Assembly (NCBI GenBank): GCA_002371705.1 | Contig: DFGI01000066.1 | Coordinates: 4,472 to 68,471 of the forward strand | DNA length: 64,000 bases | Direction: 5' to 3' | From: Bacteroidales bacterium UBA3754 | GTDB taxonomy: Bacteria; Bacteroidota; Bacteroidia; Bacteroidales; UBA1715 | Shown here: positions 36,278 to 47,097 of the stretch, one piece after another | Layout of the letters: every line of letters starts with the position of its first letter | How positions within the stretch are numbered: position 1 is the first letter of the stretch | Notes under the pieces: generated by a model | What the model saw: only the letters and a program-made list of their open reading frames with translations | Databases searched by the model: none | What the model was told of the DNA's origin: nothing | Position numbers and translations under genes: made by a program

Positions 36278-37033
36278 ATGATAGAAGTTCAAAACGTATC
36301 GAAGTCTTTCAAGGATGTGCAAATCCTTAAACATCTTTCCACCGTGTTCGAGGAGGGGAAAGTTAATTGTATAATTGGACGAAGTGGCTCGGGAAAAACG
36401 GTGTTGATGAAATCCATCGTCGGACTTCACGAAATAGACGAAGGACGCATTCTGTTTCACGGGCGCAACTATACTGAAATGAACGATAAACAACGCAAGG
36501 AAATCCGCAAGGAAATCGGTATGGTGTTTCAAAGTGGTGCATTGTTCGATTCCGAAACATTGGAGGACAATGTGATGTTCCCGTTGCGGATGTTTTCGGG
36601 TATGAGCGAGGAGGAATGCCGCGAGCGTGCAAATTTCTGCCTGAAACGTGTTGAGGTTGTCAACAAAAATAATTTGTACCCTTCGGAAATTAGTGGCGGT
36701 ATGCAAAAACGTGTGGCTATTGCACGTGCTATTGCTCTGAATCCTAAGTATTTACTATGCGATGAGCCGAATTCTGGCCTTGACCCAATGACTTCAATAG
36801 TAATCGACAATCTTATCCACGGAATTGTGCAGGAATACAATATTACCGCAATTGTAAATACCCACGATATGAATTCTGTGATGGAAATTGCCGACAAAAT
36901 TGTGTTTATTTATAAAGGTGAAAAATGGTGGGAAGGCAATAAAGACGATATTTGGCACACCGACAACCAAGAATTGAACGATTTTATATTTGCTTCGTCG
37001 CTTACAAAGAAAATTAAACAAACGCTGAAATGA
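36278..37033 (+). CDS. mlaF: ABC transporter ATP-binding protein (MlaF-like)
   Basis: Walker A GRSGSGKT, signature ISGGMQKRV, Walker B LLCDEP. It follows mlaE after a 2-nt gap. Confidence 0.8.
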   Translation: MIEVQNVSKSFKDVQILKHLSTVFEEGKVNCIIGRSGSGKTVLMKSIVGLHEIDEGRILFHGRNYTEMNDKQRKEIRKEIGMVFQSGALFDSETLEDNVMFPLRMFSGMSEEECRERANFCLKRVEVVNKNNLYPSEISGGMQKRVAIARAIALNPKYLLCDEPNSGLDPMTSIVIDNLIHGIVQEYNITAIVNTHDMNSVMEIADKIVFIYKGEKWWEGNKDDIWHTDNQELNDFIFASSLTKKIKQTLK

Positions 37034-39786
37034 AAAAACTCGTCGCAATATTGTTTTCCCTACTCTGTTGTACTGCCTTTGCACAAACCATTGGCTATTA
37101 CAATGGTAAGAAAATTATTGACGGTGTGATTATATATAAATATTCATCAACAAAACTAAAGAATAGCGAAATATCAATAAATAACGATAAAGAAAGCGTG
37201 GATTCATATTTGCGTTCAATTGGAGCGACTCCACCAAAACAAAAATTTCCTACTTCTATAGTTCCGGTTGATTGCGAAAATTGTGTCGATATAAGCAAAA
37301 TCTATACGTGTAATGTTCCTAATGACGTTGATTTAGAATTGGTTATATCAAAACTCAATGGAATGAAAGGCGTGGAATACGCCGAACCTTCGTATGTGAA
37401 TGAATTGTTTTTTACGCCCAATGATTCGGAATATGCAAATGGAAATTTGTGGCATTTGCAAAATTGTAATGTCTTGAACGCGTGGGATGTGGAGCAAGGC
37501 GACAGCTCTGTTATTGTTGCCATTGTTGATGCTGGTATCGACATCATACACAAGGATTTAATAAACAAAATCGCATACAACTTCGACGACCCAATTAACG
37601 GCATTGACGACGATGGTGATGGCTACACCGACAACTACCGTGGGTGGGACTTTGGCGAAGGCGACAACAATCCAATGAATTCCGTTGGCATTGAACATGG
37701 CACATACGTGGCTGGCATTGCAAGTGCCGAGGTCAATAATGAATTTGGTACAGCTGGCGTTGGCTACAAAACAAAAATTTTGCCTATAAAAGTGTGCCCG
37801 AAAAATAGCTCTGAAATTACTGCTGGATATGAAGGAATCGCATATGCGGCGACTTATGGCTGTAAAATCATAAATTGCTCGTGGGGAAATACCGAACAAT
37901 CAGAGTTTGGTAAGGATATTGTGAACTATGCCACCTACAACTGCGATGCGCTTATTGTGGCTGCGGCTGGAAATTCAGCGGCAACAACGCCGTTTTATCC
38001 TGCTTCGTATTCTTCAGTGCTGAGCGTGGGCGGAACCGTCGCTGGCGATTATGTGTGGGCGGATTCAAATACAAAAGGCTCGCAGTATAATTATTATGTT
38101 GACCTTTGCGCACCAGCAAAAGGTTTTTATTCGCTTGCTAATGATGGAAAAACATTCCCTATGTCGGGTGGGGGAACATCGTTTGCCACGCCGATTGTGG
38201 CTGGCGCAGCGGCATTGGTACGAAGCAAATATCCTGATTTCTCGGCACTCCAAGTGAGGGAACAACTCCGCGTTACCGCTGATGACATATATTACATCAA
38301 TCCCGAAGCTAAATACAGGGATATGCTCGGACATGGACGTTTGAATGTGTATAATGCGCTCACAAACGACACGATGCCAAGTTTGCGCATAACGGATATT
38401 TCATTTTGTAATAAAAATGGACAACCATACTCGCAAGCAAAGGACACTTTGTTGGTACGTGTTACGGTTAAAAATTATTTGGCAGATGCTACAAATGCAA
38501 CTATTCAAATTTTGGGGGGCAATAATATCTTGGCTTCAATTCAATCGGACACCACGTTCGCAAAAATAGATGCAAATTCTGAAATCACATGCACATTTGC
38601 GTTTCGGGTGCTGATAACACCTCCTGTTGACTATAGTTTGCTGTTCAAAATCGCATCAACAGCCGATAATTCATACTCCGATTATGAATATTTTGATTTT
38701 GTGTGCAATAAACAGTTTTATGATTTTTCAATTGGAAACATTAAAACCACCGCAACTGGCGATGGAAGTATAGCTAAGGTTTTGCCCAAAATTAGTTCAA
38801 ATGGATTTATGTATAAGGATTTTGAAAATTGTATTTTTCAAGGAGGTATTTTTATTGCCGAAAATAAAGATTCCATTTGTTCCCGAACTGAAAAAACAGC
38901 TGATTTTAAGAATATTACACCTCCAACAGTCGTCGATGCCGATTCGTGCGATGTGATGGTCGTTTCACAGTATTATGCAAAAAATCTTATTATTGACCAG
39001 ATTTTGTATGGTTGGAACGACACTGATGCGGTGATATATGAGTATCAGATTGCAAATCAACGCGATAGTGCGCTGTATGATGTGCGGTTTGGTATGTTCA
39101 TCGACTGGGATATTCTTGAATCAAAGAACAATAAAATATGGTACGTTGATAGTATGCAACTTACTGTGGCGGCAAGTGTGAACCCACGCTCGTTTTACAC
39201 TGGTATTATGCCATTGGACTACAAACAAAGCGGAATGTACGCATTCAATGTCGCTAACGATATTGTGTATTACAATGATGGTTTCAACAATACAGAGCTG
39301 TGGTACGTGCTTACGCATTCACAGACTTCGGCGGGAACGAATTCCATTTATGGAACAGAAGTGGCTGCATTCAATTATTCGTTGATTGACTCGATAGGGG
39401 TGGCCGACACGGCTCATATCCGCTACGCAATGTTGGTGGCCGACACGCAACAGGAATTATATGATTTGGCGTATCAATTCAAGCAAAAATACAATCCAAA
39501 CCTTGTGGAACCTGATACAACCAAGGATAATTCAGCAACGGCGTTGATTATGAATGAACAAACACTCGTTTATGTCAGCAACGATAGAATTAATGTTGTG
39601 TATCAACAATCATCTGAATCGCTTGCTATTCAAATAGTTAGTGTTGATGGAAAATGCCTTTCGTCGGTCGTTGTTACTCCAGAAAATCAGACAGGATTGT
39701 ATTCTATGAGCGCGCCCGAAACGGGCATGTTCTTTGTCGTTCTACGGCAAAATGGCGTCAATCGAACCTTTAAGTTTGTTCAATAA
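37030..39786 (+). CDS. S8-family (subtilisin-like) serine peptidase with a probable T9SS C-terminal domain
   Basis: Asp context VAIVDAGID, His context HGTYVAGIA, Ser context GGGTSFATPIVAGAAAL. There is a long beta-rich extension. The C-terminus (LAIQIVSVDGKCL...GMFFVVLRQNGVNRTFKFVQ) resembles a T9SS C-terminal domain (CTD). Confidence 0.8.
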   Translation: MKKLVAILFSLLCCTAFAQTIGYYNGKKIIDGVIIYKYSSTKLKNSEISINNDKESVDSYLRSIGATPPKQKFPTSIVPVDCENCVDISKIYTCNVPNDVDLELVISKLNGMKGVEYAEPSYVNELFFTPNDSEYANGNLWHLQNCNVLNAWDVEQGDSSVIVAIVDAGIDIIHKDLINKIAYNFDDPINGIDDDGDGYTDNYRGWDFGEGDNNPMNSVGIEHGTYVAGIASAEVNNEFGTAGVGYKTKILPIKVCPKNSSEITAGYEGIAYAATYGCKIINCSWGNTEQSEFGKDIVNYATYNCDALIVAAAGNSAATTPFYPASYSSVLSVGGTVAGDYVWADSNTKGSQYNYYVDLCAPAKGFYSLANDGKTFPMSGGGTSFATPIVAGAAALVRSKYPDFSALQVREQLRVTADDIYYINPEAKYRDMLGHGRLNVYNALTNDTMPSLRITDISFCNKNGQPYSQAKDTLLVRVTVKNYLADATNATIQILGGNNILASIQSDTTFAKIDANSEITCTFAFRVLITPPVDYSLLFKIASTADNSYSDYEYFDFVCNKQFYDFSIGNIKTTATGDGSIAKVLPKISSNGFMYKDFENCIFQGGIFIAENKDSICSRTEKTADFKNITPPTVVDADSCDVMVVSQYYAKNLIIDQILYGWNDTDAVIYEYQIANQRDSALYDVRFGMFIDWDILESKNNKIWYVDSMQLTVAASVNPRSFYTGIMPLDYKQSGMYAFNVANDIVYYNDGFNNTELWYVLTHSQTSAGTNSIYGTEVAAFNYSLIDSIGVADTAHIRYAMLVADTQQELYDLAYQFKQKYNPNLVEPDTTKDNSATALIMNEQTLVYVSNDRINVVYQQSSESLAIQIVSVDGKCLSSVVVTPENQTGLYSMSAPETGMFFVVLRQNGVNRTFKFVQ

Positions 39787-40685
39787 TGAAGAAATTTCTT
39801 ATTTGTATATTGTTAGGTTTCATTTGTGTTTCGGAAATTGTTGCGCAAAACAAAGATTTCAGCATTGCGGAATTCAATTTAGTAACGATTTATAGTAGAA
39901 TCTCGCGTTTTGAGTCGGAAGAGGACAATATTAAAAACAACAAGATTTTCTCCGAAATGCTCGATTCCGTTCTGCGGATTCCCGAAACGTTCAATTATCC
40001 TTTCAACGACTTGAAAATAGGAAAAGTTACCGCTCCAGACCAAACATTCCGCATTTTTACGTGGTTTATGGTGCATACAAACGGAACGTACGAGGTGTTT
40101 GGTTATTTCCAACGATATTTCAAAGCAACCAACACCGTGGAAGTGTATCCGCTTATTGATAAATCAGCCACGATGAAAGACCCGTTGATGGCGAATTGCA
40201 CACCACAAAATTGGTATGGCGCAACATACTACGACATTCGTATGGATAAGTACGATGGCATTACTACATATTATTTGTTAGGCTGGGTTCCTAACACAAC
40301 TTACACTCAAAAAAAGGTGATTGAAACATTCCGTTTTGATAAAAAAGATAAACCAAGTTTTGGCTACCAAACCGTTGAATTAAAAGGGAAAGGCTTTAAA
40401 AAACGGGTGATTTTTGAGTATTCCGCGAAACAGACTATGATGCTTCGTTACGAGAAACGGAAAAAAATGTACGTTCTCGACCACCTTGCGGCCGCCGAGC
40501 CACGCTACGAAGGCATTTATGAATATTATGGTCCAGACTTTTCAATCGACGGTTATAAGTTTCGGCAAGGAAAACTTCGCTATGTGTCTGATATAGATTT
40601 ACATAGCCCGCGCCAAAAAGCTTCAGACTATATTCCCGAAAAAATTAAGCAACGACGGAAAAAAGAAGTCGGAACGGGAATTTAA
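39786..40685 (+). CDS. Conserved secreted hypothetical protein
   Basis: 299 aa with a signal peptide. Its ATG overlaps the stop of the S8 gene (ATAATG). I recognise no family. Confidence 0.5.
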   Translation: MKKFLICILLGFICVSEIVAQNKDFSIAEFNLVTIYSRISRFESEEDNIKNNKIFSEMLDSVLRIPETFNYPFNDLKIGKVTAPDQTFRIFTWFMVHTNGTYEVFGYFQRYFKATNTVEVYPLIDKSATMKDPLMANCTPQNWYGATYYDIRMDKYDGITTYYLLGWVPNTTYTQKKVIETFRFDKKDKPSFGYQTVELKGKGFKKRVIFEYSAKQTMMLRYEKRKKMYVLDHLAAAEPRYEGIYEYYGPDFSIDGYKFRQGKLRYVSDIDLHSPRQKASDYIPEKIKQRRKKEVGTGI

Positions 40686-41236
40686 TTTGAAAACCGCAGT
40701 TGCCGAACTGCTTCCCATAGCACAATCCCACATGTTACCGAAACATTGAATGAGTGTTTGGTTCCATATTGCGGAATTTCCAAACAAACATCGCTTTGCG
40801 CAATAACCTCGTCGGCTACGCCGTGAACTTCGTTTCCAAACACAAATGCGTATTTTTTCCCGTGTTCCATCCGAAATTCCTGCAAAAGCGTGCTGTTTTC
40901 CGCTTGCTCAACCGACACAATTTCGTAACCCTCACTACGAAGTTCCGCAATGGCTTCGGTAGTTTCCTTGAAATATTTCCATGGAACGGAAAGTTGCGCG
41001 CCGAGTGCGGTTTTTTGCAATTCCTTGTTGGGTGGCACACACGAAATTCCACACAAATATACCGCTTCAATCCGCAATGAATCGCCAGTGCGGAATGCAG
41101 AACCTACGTTGCTCGCGCTGCGGATATTGTCAAGCACCACCACAATCGGGTGCTTCTCCGATTGCTTGTATTCTTCAACCGAAATCCGATGCAGTTCCTC
41201 TGTTTGGAGCTTTCTATAGTTTGCGTTGGATGACAT
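40682..41236 (-). CDS. TrmH/SpoU-family RNA 2'-O-methyltransferase
   Basis: SpoU motifs are present: VVVLDNIRSASNVGSAFRTGD, FVFGNEVHGV, IPQYGTKHSFNVSV. I chose the start at MSSNANYRK, because longer starts run deep into the upstream gene. Confidence 0.75.
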   Translation of the reverse strand: MSSNANYRKLQTEELHRISVEEYKQSEKHPIVVVLDNIRSASNVGSAFRTGDSLRIEAVYLCGISCVPPNKELQKTALGAQLSVPWKYFKETTEAIAELRSEGYEIVSVEQAENSTLLQEFRMEHGKKYAFVFGNEVHGVADEVIAQSDVCLEIPQYGTKHSFNVSVTCGIVLWEAVRQLRFSN

Positions 41237-41612
41237 ACGATTTGATTCTGATGTTTTCGGCATCGTAAATATCAATAATGTATTTCCCTTCGAATGTTCC
41301 CTTAATGTCAAGGAAAATCACATTATCGTCGAATTTTTGTTCGTGTAGTTTTGTATAACCACGGCGATACACGAAACGCATTCCTTTCGGATTCGATGCA
41401 GTCAAACGGATTGCGTTGGATTCAGGAATTACCGTACAAGTAAATTCGCAGTCCAAACTGTCGGCAGTGAATGATTCTTGTACTTCGATGGAACCCAATA
41501 CATTACCAGTTTGCAAACCATCGGGATTTTGGATCGTCCCACTTGCTTTAATCTGAGCTTGTGCTGTGGCGAACAGTGCTAAACAGAACACAATTGAAAT
41601 TACTTTTTTCAT
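41214..41612 (-). CDS. Small secreted protein (possibly DUF3244-like)
   Basis: 132 aa with a signal peptide ALFATAQAQ. It is beta-rich and ends in a GKYIIDIYDAENIRIKSY pattern. Confidence 0.4.
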   Translation of the reverse strand: MKKVISIVFCLALFATAQAQIKASGTIQNPDGLQTGNVLGSIEVQESFTADSLDCEFTCTVIPESNAIRLTASNPKGMRFVYRRGYTKLHEQKFDDNVIFLDIKGTFEGKYIIDIYDAENIRIKSYVIQRKL

Positions 41613-41619
41613 ATCACGT

Positions 41620-43503
41620 TTATTTTATTGATGTTTCTATTTGTTGTACTATACTATCAAAATCGAAGCCACAAATTTTGTATAATTCTTGTTGCGTTCC
41701 GTGTGGCACAAATTCATCGTGAACCCCCAGTCTAACAACCGTACCAGCAAAGTTTGTCGATTCGAGTTCTTCCAATACTGCCGAGCCAAAACCTCCAGCA
41801 ATCAAACCATCTTCAATGGTTATGATTGTTTCAAACGATTGTGCGATTGTTTTTATTGTTTCAGAATCAATTGGTTTTACCCAACGGAAATTAAACAATG
41901 CTGCCATTTTTCCCGTTTCGGTATATACTTTGTCAACCGCTTTCATAGCGGTGTTTCCCACTGTTCCAATGGTGAGTACGGCAACTTTTTCGCCCGAGCG
42001 CAATTGTTCAGCTTTGCCAATTTCCATCAACTGCATTTCGGAATGCCATTGCAAATACTCACCGTTGCCGCGAGGATAGCGGATGGCAAACGGTTGTGGG
42101 GTAGAGTATGCGGTGAACATCATATTCCGAAGTTCGATTTCATTCATTGGCGCAGCCACAATCATATTTGGAATTGCACGCATATACGGAATATCGAATA
42201 ATCCGTGGTGTGTAACGCCGTCGGCACCAACAAGCCCTGCACGGTCAAGGCAGAAAACCACGTGAAGATTTTGCAGCGCCACGTCGTGGATTACTTGGTC
42301 GTAGGCACGTTGCATAAATGTTGAATAAATATTGCAGAATGGAATCAGACCTTCTTTAGCCATTCCTGCTGACATAGTAACGGCGTGTTGTTCTGCAATT
42401 CCAACATCGAACGCACGGTTGGGCATTTTTTTCATAAGAATGTTCATTGAACATCCTGTGGCCATAGCTGGCGTGACACCCATAACCCGTTCGTCTTTTT
42501 GCGCCAATTCCAACAAAGTTTCTCCAAATACTTCCTGATATTTGGGCGGAATAGTGTTTTTGTCTGGAAGCGGAATCATTTCACCTGTTTCCTTGTCGAA
42601 TTTTCGGGGCGCGTGCCATTCAGTCTGTTCTTCCTCGGCAGGCTTAAAACCTTTCCCTTTTTGGGTGTGGATATGAAGAATTTTTGGACCAGGAATATGT
42701 TGAATGTCTTGTAGTGTTCTCGTCAATTGGAATACATTGTGTCCGTCGATAGGTCCAAAATATCTGAACCCCAACGATTCAAAAAGGTTGCTTTCTTTGA
42801 AAAAGAGAGATTTCAGTCCGCGTCCCATTTTCTTGAACAACTCACGCAAATCTGGACCGAATTGGCTCAATTTTGTGGAAAAATTCCAGGTTTTGTCACG
42901 AAAACGGTTGTATGATGGCGAAGTGATTACGTCAATCAAATATTGGTGAAGCCCGCCCACATTGGCATCAATAGCCATATCGTTGTCATTTAGGATAACG
43001 AGTATGTTTGCTTTGCTTCCGCCAGCGTAGTCGAGTGCCTCGAACGCCTCGCCGCCTGTAAGCGCACCGTCGCCGATTATGGCAACAATTTGTCGGTTTT
43101 CGCCTTTCGCTTTTGCGGCAATAGCCATACCTGTAGCCGCCGAAATTGATATGGATGCGTGACCAGCTACAAAACTGTCGTAGTTGCTTTCTTGTGGATT
43201 GGGAAATCCCGAAAGTCCACCAAATTTCCTGTTTGTGTCAAAATTTTTCTTTCGGCCTGTCAGAATTTTATGGCCATAAGCCTGATGTCCGACATCCCAA
43301 ATCAATCTGTCTTCGGGTGTGTTGAATGCATAATGAAGCGCAACGGTCAGTTCCACTGTGCCGAGGCTTGCACCAAAATGTCCAGGATTGCGGCTACTTT
43401 CATCAATAATGAAATCACGCAATTCCTTACACACCTGCGGCAACTGTTCAATGCTCAGTTTCCGCAAGTCAGCAGGAAATTCTATCTGTTCGAGCAAACT
43501 CAC
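41620..43503 (-). CDS. dxs: 1-deoxy-D-xylulose-5-phosphate synthase
   Basis: 627 aa: GHFGASLG, DVGHQAY.HK, IIGDGALTGG (TPP motif), and transketolase-like middle and C-terminal domains. It has a GTG start. Confidence 0.9.
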   Translation of the reverse strand: MSLLEQIEFPADLRKLSIEQLPQVCKELRDFIIDESSRNPGHFGASLGTVELTVALHYAFNTPEDRLIWDVGHQAYGHKILTGRKKNFDTNRKFGGLSGFPNPQESNYDSFVAGHASISISAATGMAIAAKAKGENRQIVAIIGDGALTGGEAFEALDYAGGSKANILVILNDNDMAIDANVGGLHQYLIDVITSPSYNRFRDKTWNFSTKLSQFGPDLRELFKKMGRGLKSLFFKESNLFESLGFRYFGPIDGHNVFQLTRTLQDIQHIPGPKILHIHTQKGKGFKPAEEEQTEWHAPRKFDKETGEMIPLPDKNTIPPKYQEVFGETLLELAQKDERVMGVTPAMATGCSMNILMKKMPNRAFDVGIAEQHAVTMSAGMAKEGLIPFCNIYSTFMQRAYDQVIHDVALQNLHVVFCLDRAGLVGADGVTHHGLFDIPYMRAIPNMIVAAPMNEIELRNMMFTAYSTPQPFAIRYPRGNGEYLQWHSEMQLMEIGKAEQLRSGEKVAVLTIGTVGNTAMKAVDKVYTETGKMAALFNFRWVKPIDSETIKTIAQSFETIITIEDGLIAGGFGSAVLEELESTNFAGTVVRLGVHDEFVPHGTQQELYKICGFDFDSIVQQIETSIK

Positions 43504-43523
43504 TTCGTTGTTATTTCAAACGG

Positions 43524-43531
43524 CAAAAGTA
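43524..43531 (-). promoter_or_regulatory. -7 box (TACTTTTG) for dxs
   Basis: Exact TAnnTTTG match on the minus strand, 21 nt upstream of the start codon. Confidence 0.45.
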
Positions 43532-43607
43532 GCAAATTTTGTGCTACGATTTAACGCCCAAACAGCCAATATTTAAAATTTTCATTTTTCTAATTCCAAA
43601 ATAAATG

Positions 43608-43615
43608 TATTTTTG
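43608..43615 (+). promoter_or_regulatory. -7 box (TATTTTTG) for the 43654 gene
   Basis: Exact match 39 nt upstream of the ATG. Confidence 0.4.
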
Positions 43616-43653
43616 CGTAAATAAATGTGTCTTAAACAGATAGAGTTATTCCT

Positions 43654-46600
43654 ATGAAAAAACTTATTCTCCCCCTGTTGGTAGCCATTTTCACGGCAAT
43701 ACAGACATTCGCATACGATTTTTCGGCGGTTACTACAAGCAAACATACGTTGTTCTACTCGATTCTTTCCGAGGAAGACAAGATTGTTGCTGTCGTTCCT
43801 GAATTAGACGACGAAAGCGGACGATACACGGTCGAATTGGAAGGATATCTTGTGATTCCCGCAACTGTGGAGTACAATGGTATAACCTACACGGTGAAAA
43901 AATTGGCTAAATCGGTGTTCCAAAATTGCTCAAACCTGAATTCTATAACCATAGAAGACGGATTGCTGGAAATTGAAGACGATGTGTTTTCGGGATGCTC
44001 AAGCTCTTTGGGAATCTTCGTGCCGTGCCATCTTATCAATAATTATCGAACTGCGGAAGGTTGGAAACCATATAAAGACCTGCTTGTTGAAAACAATAAT
44101 CCAGTCATTCAACAATTTTTTTCCGTGAATCCTGTATGCGAAGCAGAAAACGGAATGATCAAGGTACTTCCAAAAGGTGGAACAAGCCCTTTGTCATATA
44201 ACTGGAAGAAACAAGCAATTGTAGAGGAACTGACGTGGAACTTCGAAGAAAATATGAATAGTGTGGAAGCTGGACTCGACGGCACGGCAACGCTCTATGC
44301 CGCGACAAACTTCAACCAAACCGACCTATTCGAGTCGTTTGCCCTTACTCCAGTTGCGGGCGGTGTATCGGGAAATGCAATGACCGTTCAAATTGGAACT
44401 GATTCGCTCGCAACATTTAAAATTGAACTTCCATTCCGAAACGACTACACTCCGATTTACGGCACAGGAGAATATGCGGAAATTTACGAACAACACTACG
44501 ATCAATGTAACATTGCAAACGTCACACACGGAATTTCTTTCTATCATAAGGGATCATCGTTATATTTGTACGTGTTGGACAACAACTTGGAAAGAAGTAA
44601 AAAGTACTCCATTCCATTCCATTTGGATTGGACAAAGGTTGTCATTCCTTGGAGCGAACTGACAAAGAAAGATGTTGTGGCCATTGTTTTTGCGGCTAAA
44701 GAATTCGAATACCATAAATCGTACGACTTTAGTATTGACGAGGTTTCTATTCTTATGTACGACAAATTGGAGGAATACTCGTCAGACATGGATTTAAACA
44801 ACTTGTCGGCAGGAAAATATACGCTCACGGTGACTGATGCCAATGGTTGTGAAGATATAGAATCGATTACCCTTAACAAGGATTTCACTCGGATTCTTAA
44901 CTCGGTTTATTTGGAGTCTTTCAACCCAATCTGTGAAAAAGAAACTGGTGCCATATATGCAATAACTGATGAAGAATACCAACCATACACATTCCTTTGG
45001 GACGATGGAAGCACCGATCAGGAACGTCTCAATTTGGGCGCCGGAGATTATTCCGTCACCATTTCCGACGCAGACGGTTGTAGCGTGTCGTTAGCTGTCA
45101 CTTTGGAGAAAAATTACGACTTACTGCCCGAATACGAGATAAACAAAAAAGATCCTATCTGCACGTCTTCCAACGGAGAAATCGCAGTTGTATCGTCTTC
45201 ACCCTATACCTTTGATTGGGAAGAAGCAACGTGGTTTCCTGTAGCAGATTTCGAGAACGGTATCCTCACATGGTTCGGATCCGCAATAAAACCATTCGAC
45301 GACAGCAATTTATTTGAAAGTGCCACAACAGATGTAAGCCTGTCGGGCGTGGTTAACGATGGGGCAAACGGGACGGGAAACTCATACCGATTGAAGGCAT
45401 CATCAATCACGATAGGTAACTATTACGGCTATGACAATGCCGGTTTCGTTATGTCATTAAACAGTGCTTACACCTTTGATGACAGCTTTAACAAATCTTT
45501 AGGCGTATCGTTTTATCACAAAGGCGACGCATGCGGAGTCGGGCTGGCTAACAATTACGAGGTGGTGGAAGTCCCCGCCCACTCCGATTGGACACTTGTC
45601 ACCGTTTATTGGGAAAACGATTTAGGTATCAAGACGAGCGAACAACAAATAAATGAGATTCAATGGGTCTTTAGGCACGAATTTTCAGCGAAATCGGATA
45701 TAGAATTCCAAATAGATGAAATCTCCCTTTTGACTAATTTTGGGGCTGGACAAATTTTCGAAAACAACATATTGAACTTGTCGAAAGGCGATTATTTAAT
45801 AACTGCGACCGACGAAATGGGCTGTGCCACGAGCAAAGTTGTCTCGCTAAAAGTTGACGAGACCAACAAACCTGTTATCACCAAAGAATTTTCAAATGCT
45901 ATCTGTGGACAAGATGTAGGCGAAATTTCCATTTCGTATAAAAAAGGAAATGGCGCCATTACGTATTCGTGGGCTGGCTCCGACGAAATGGAACTGACAC
46001 GCAGCAACTTGGCTCCAGGCACGTATATATTCAATATTTCCGACGAGGAGGGCTGTACCGCATCCGACACGACGGAAATTGTGTATGAGTCGTTCAAATA
46101 CCAACCAGAAATTGCGCTGGTTACAGTAAGTCATGAATTACCTGCGAATTTGGTCGTATGGCAAAAAGAAGACACGGAAGCCATAGACTTTTATTCCATT
46201 TATCGTGAAACGTCTTCTGCCAACGACTATGAAAAGATTGCCGACGTTTCGTTCAACCAGACAAGCATTTTCGTGGACGAAGACACCGACAGCCGGACGA
46301 AGTCATATCGCTACAAGATTTCTGCAACCGACTACTGCGGAGAAGAATCTTTGCTTAGCAAAAATCACAAAACAATCAATGCCACGGCAAATCTTGGCAT
46401 GGGAGGCGTGGTCAATCTCATTTGGGAAGGCTACGAAGGATTTGAATTCTCAACATATTCAATTTATCGGGTCACAACAGACGGCACGTACCAAGTAGGC
46501 GAAGTTCCGTCAACAAACTGGACTTTCATTGACAGGGACATTCCATCAAACACATTGTCGTACTACGTTGCCGTAAAACTGCCCAAAACTATCGACGTGG

Positions 46601-46899
46601 ACGAGCCATTTGTAAAAGCGGAAAGTGGTCCGTTTGTTATGGCTATTAGTAATATTGCTGAGGTGGAAAAACAAACGTTGATAGCGTCTGTCAATGAACC
46701 TTTGGTGAACGTATATTCTTCGCATCAAACCATTGTGATTGAAAATGCTGGCGAAAAACAAATTACTATCTGCAACGCGCTTGGTCAGACAATCATCCAT
46801 GCCACAGGGAACAACGAAGCTGTTAAATCATTCAATGTTGAAAACGGCATTTACATTGTGATTGTTGGAAACAAGGCGGTGAAGGTCGTAGTGGAATAG
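43654..46899 (+). CDS. Large T9SS-sorted surface protein (BspA-type LRR + SprB-like Cys repeats + duplicated CBM-like modules + FN3-like domain + CTD)
   Basis: Signal peptide, then an LRR segment (IPATVEYNGITYTVKKLAKSVFQNCSNLNSITIEDGL). Repeated ~80-aa units of the type C.....G.I.....G..PY.Y.W follow. Two ~170-aa modules are similar to each other (…GISFYHKGSS…DWTKVVIPW…FSIDEVSIL and …GVSFYHKGDA…DWTLVTVYW…FQIDEISLL). The C-terminal domain (CTD) is VNVYSSHQTIVIEN...NGIYIVIVGNKAVKVVVE. Confidence 0.7.
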   Translation: MKKLILPLLVAIFTAIQTFAYDFSAVTTSKHTLFYSILSEEDKIVAVVPELDDESGRYTVELEGYLVIPATVEYNGITYTVKKLAKSVFQNCSNLNSITIEDGLLEIEDDVFSGCSSSLGIFVPCHLINNYRTAEGWKPYKDLLVENNNPVIQQFFSVNPVCEAENGMIKVLPKGGTSPLSYNWKKQAIVEELTWNFEENMNSVEAGLDGTATLYAATNFNQTDLFESFALTPVAGGVSGNAMTVQIGTDSLATFKIELPFRNDYTPIYGTGEYAEIYEQHYDQCNIANVTHGISFYHKGSSLYLYVLDNNLERSKKYSIPFHLDWTKVVIPWSELTKKDVVAIVFAAKEFEYHKSYDFSIDEVSILMYDKLEEYSSDMDLNNLSAGKYTLTVTDANGCEDIESITLNKDFTRILNSVYLESFNPICEKETGAIYAITDEEYQPYTFLWDDGSTDQERLNLGAGDYSVTISDADGCSVSLAVTLEKNYDLLPEYEINKKDPICTSSNGEIAVVSSSPYTFDWEEATWFPVADFENGILTWFGSAIKPFDDSNLFESATTDVSLSGVVNDGANGTGNSYRLKASSITIGNYYGYDNAGFVMSLNSAYTFDDSFNKSLGVSFYHKGDACGVGLANNYEVVEVPAHSDWTLVTVYWENDLGIKTSEQQINEIQWVFRHEFSAKSDIEFQIDEISLLTNFGAGQIFENNILNLSKGDYLITATDEMGCATSKVVSLKVDETNKPVITKEFSNAICGQDVGEISISYKKGNGAITYSWAGSDEMELTRSNLAPGTYIFNISDEEGCTASDTTEIVYESFKYQPEIALVTVSHELPANLVVWQKEDTEAIDFYSIYRETSSANDYEKIADVSFNQTSIFVDEDTDSRTKSYRYKISATDYCGEESLLSKNHKTINATANLGMGGVVNLIWEGYEGFEFSTYSIYRVTTDGTYQVGEVPSTNWTFIDRDIPSNTLSYYVAVKLPKTIDVDEPFVKAESGPFVMAISNIAEVEKQTLIASVNEPLVNVYSSHQTIVIENAGEKQITICNALGQTIIHATGNNEAVKSFNVENGIYIVIVGNKAVKVVVE

Positions 46900-47070
46900 T
46901 ACAAAGGTATTTGTTCAGTTTTTGTTGTTGAAAACTCCTGCTGTGAGTGCTTTATTTTCATGTAGTTATATATGGCTTGAACGTGTGTTTGGATAGAAAC
47001 TATATTGGATTTTTAAACATAAAATGATAGTTTTTTACAAGAAATGTTAAAAATCCCGAAAAATTTTAGT

Positions 47071-47078
47071 TAATTTTG
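47071..47078 (+). promoter_or_regulatory. -7 box (TAATTTTG) for the glycogen-synthase-like operon
   Basis: Exact match 20 nt upstream of the ATG at 47098. Confidence 0.45.
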
Positions 47079-47097
47079 CATACGTAAATTTTATGTA

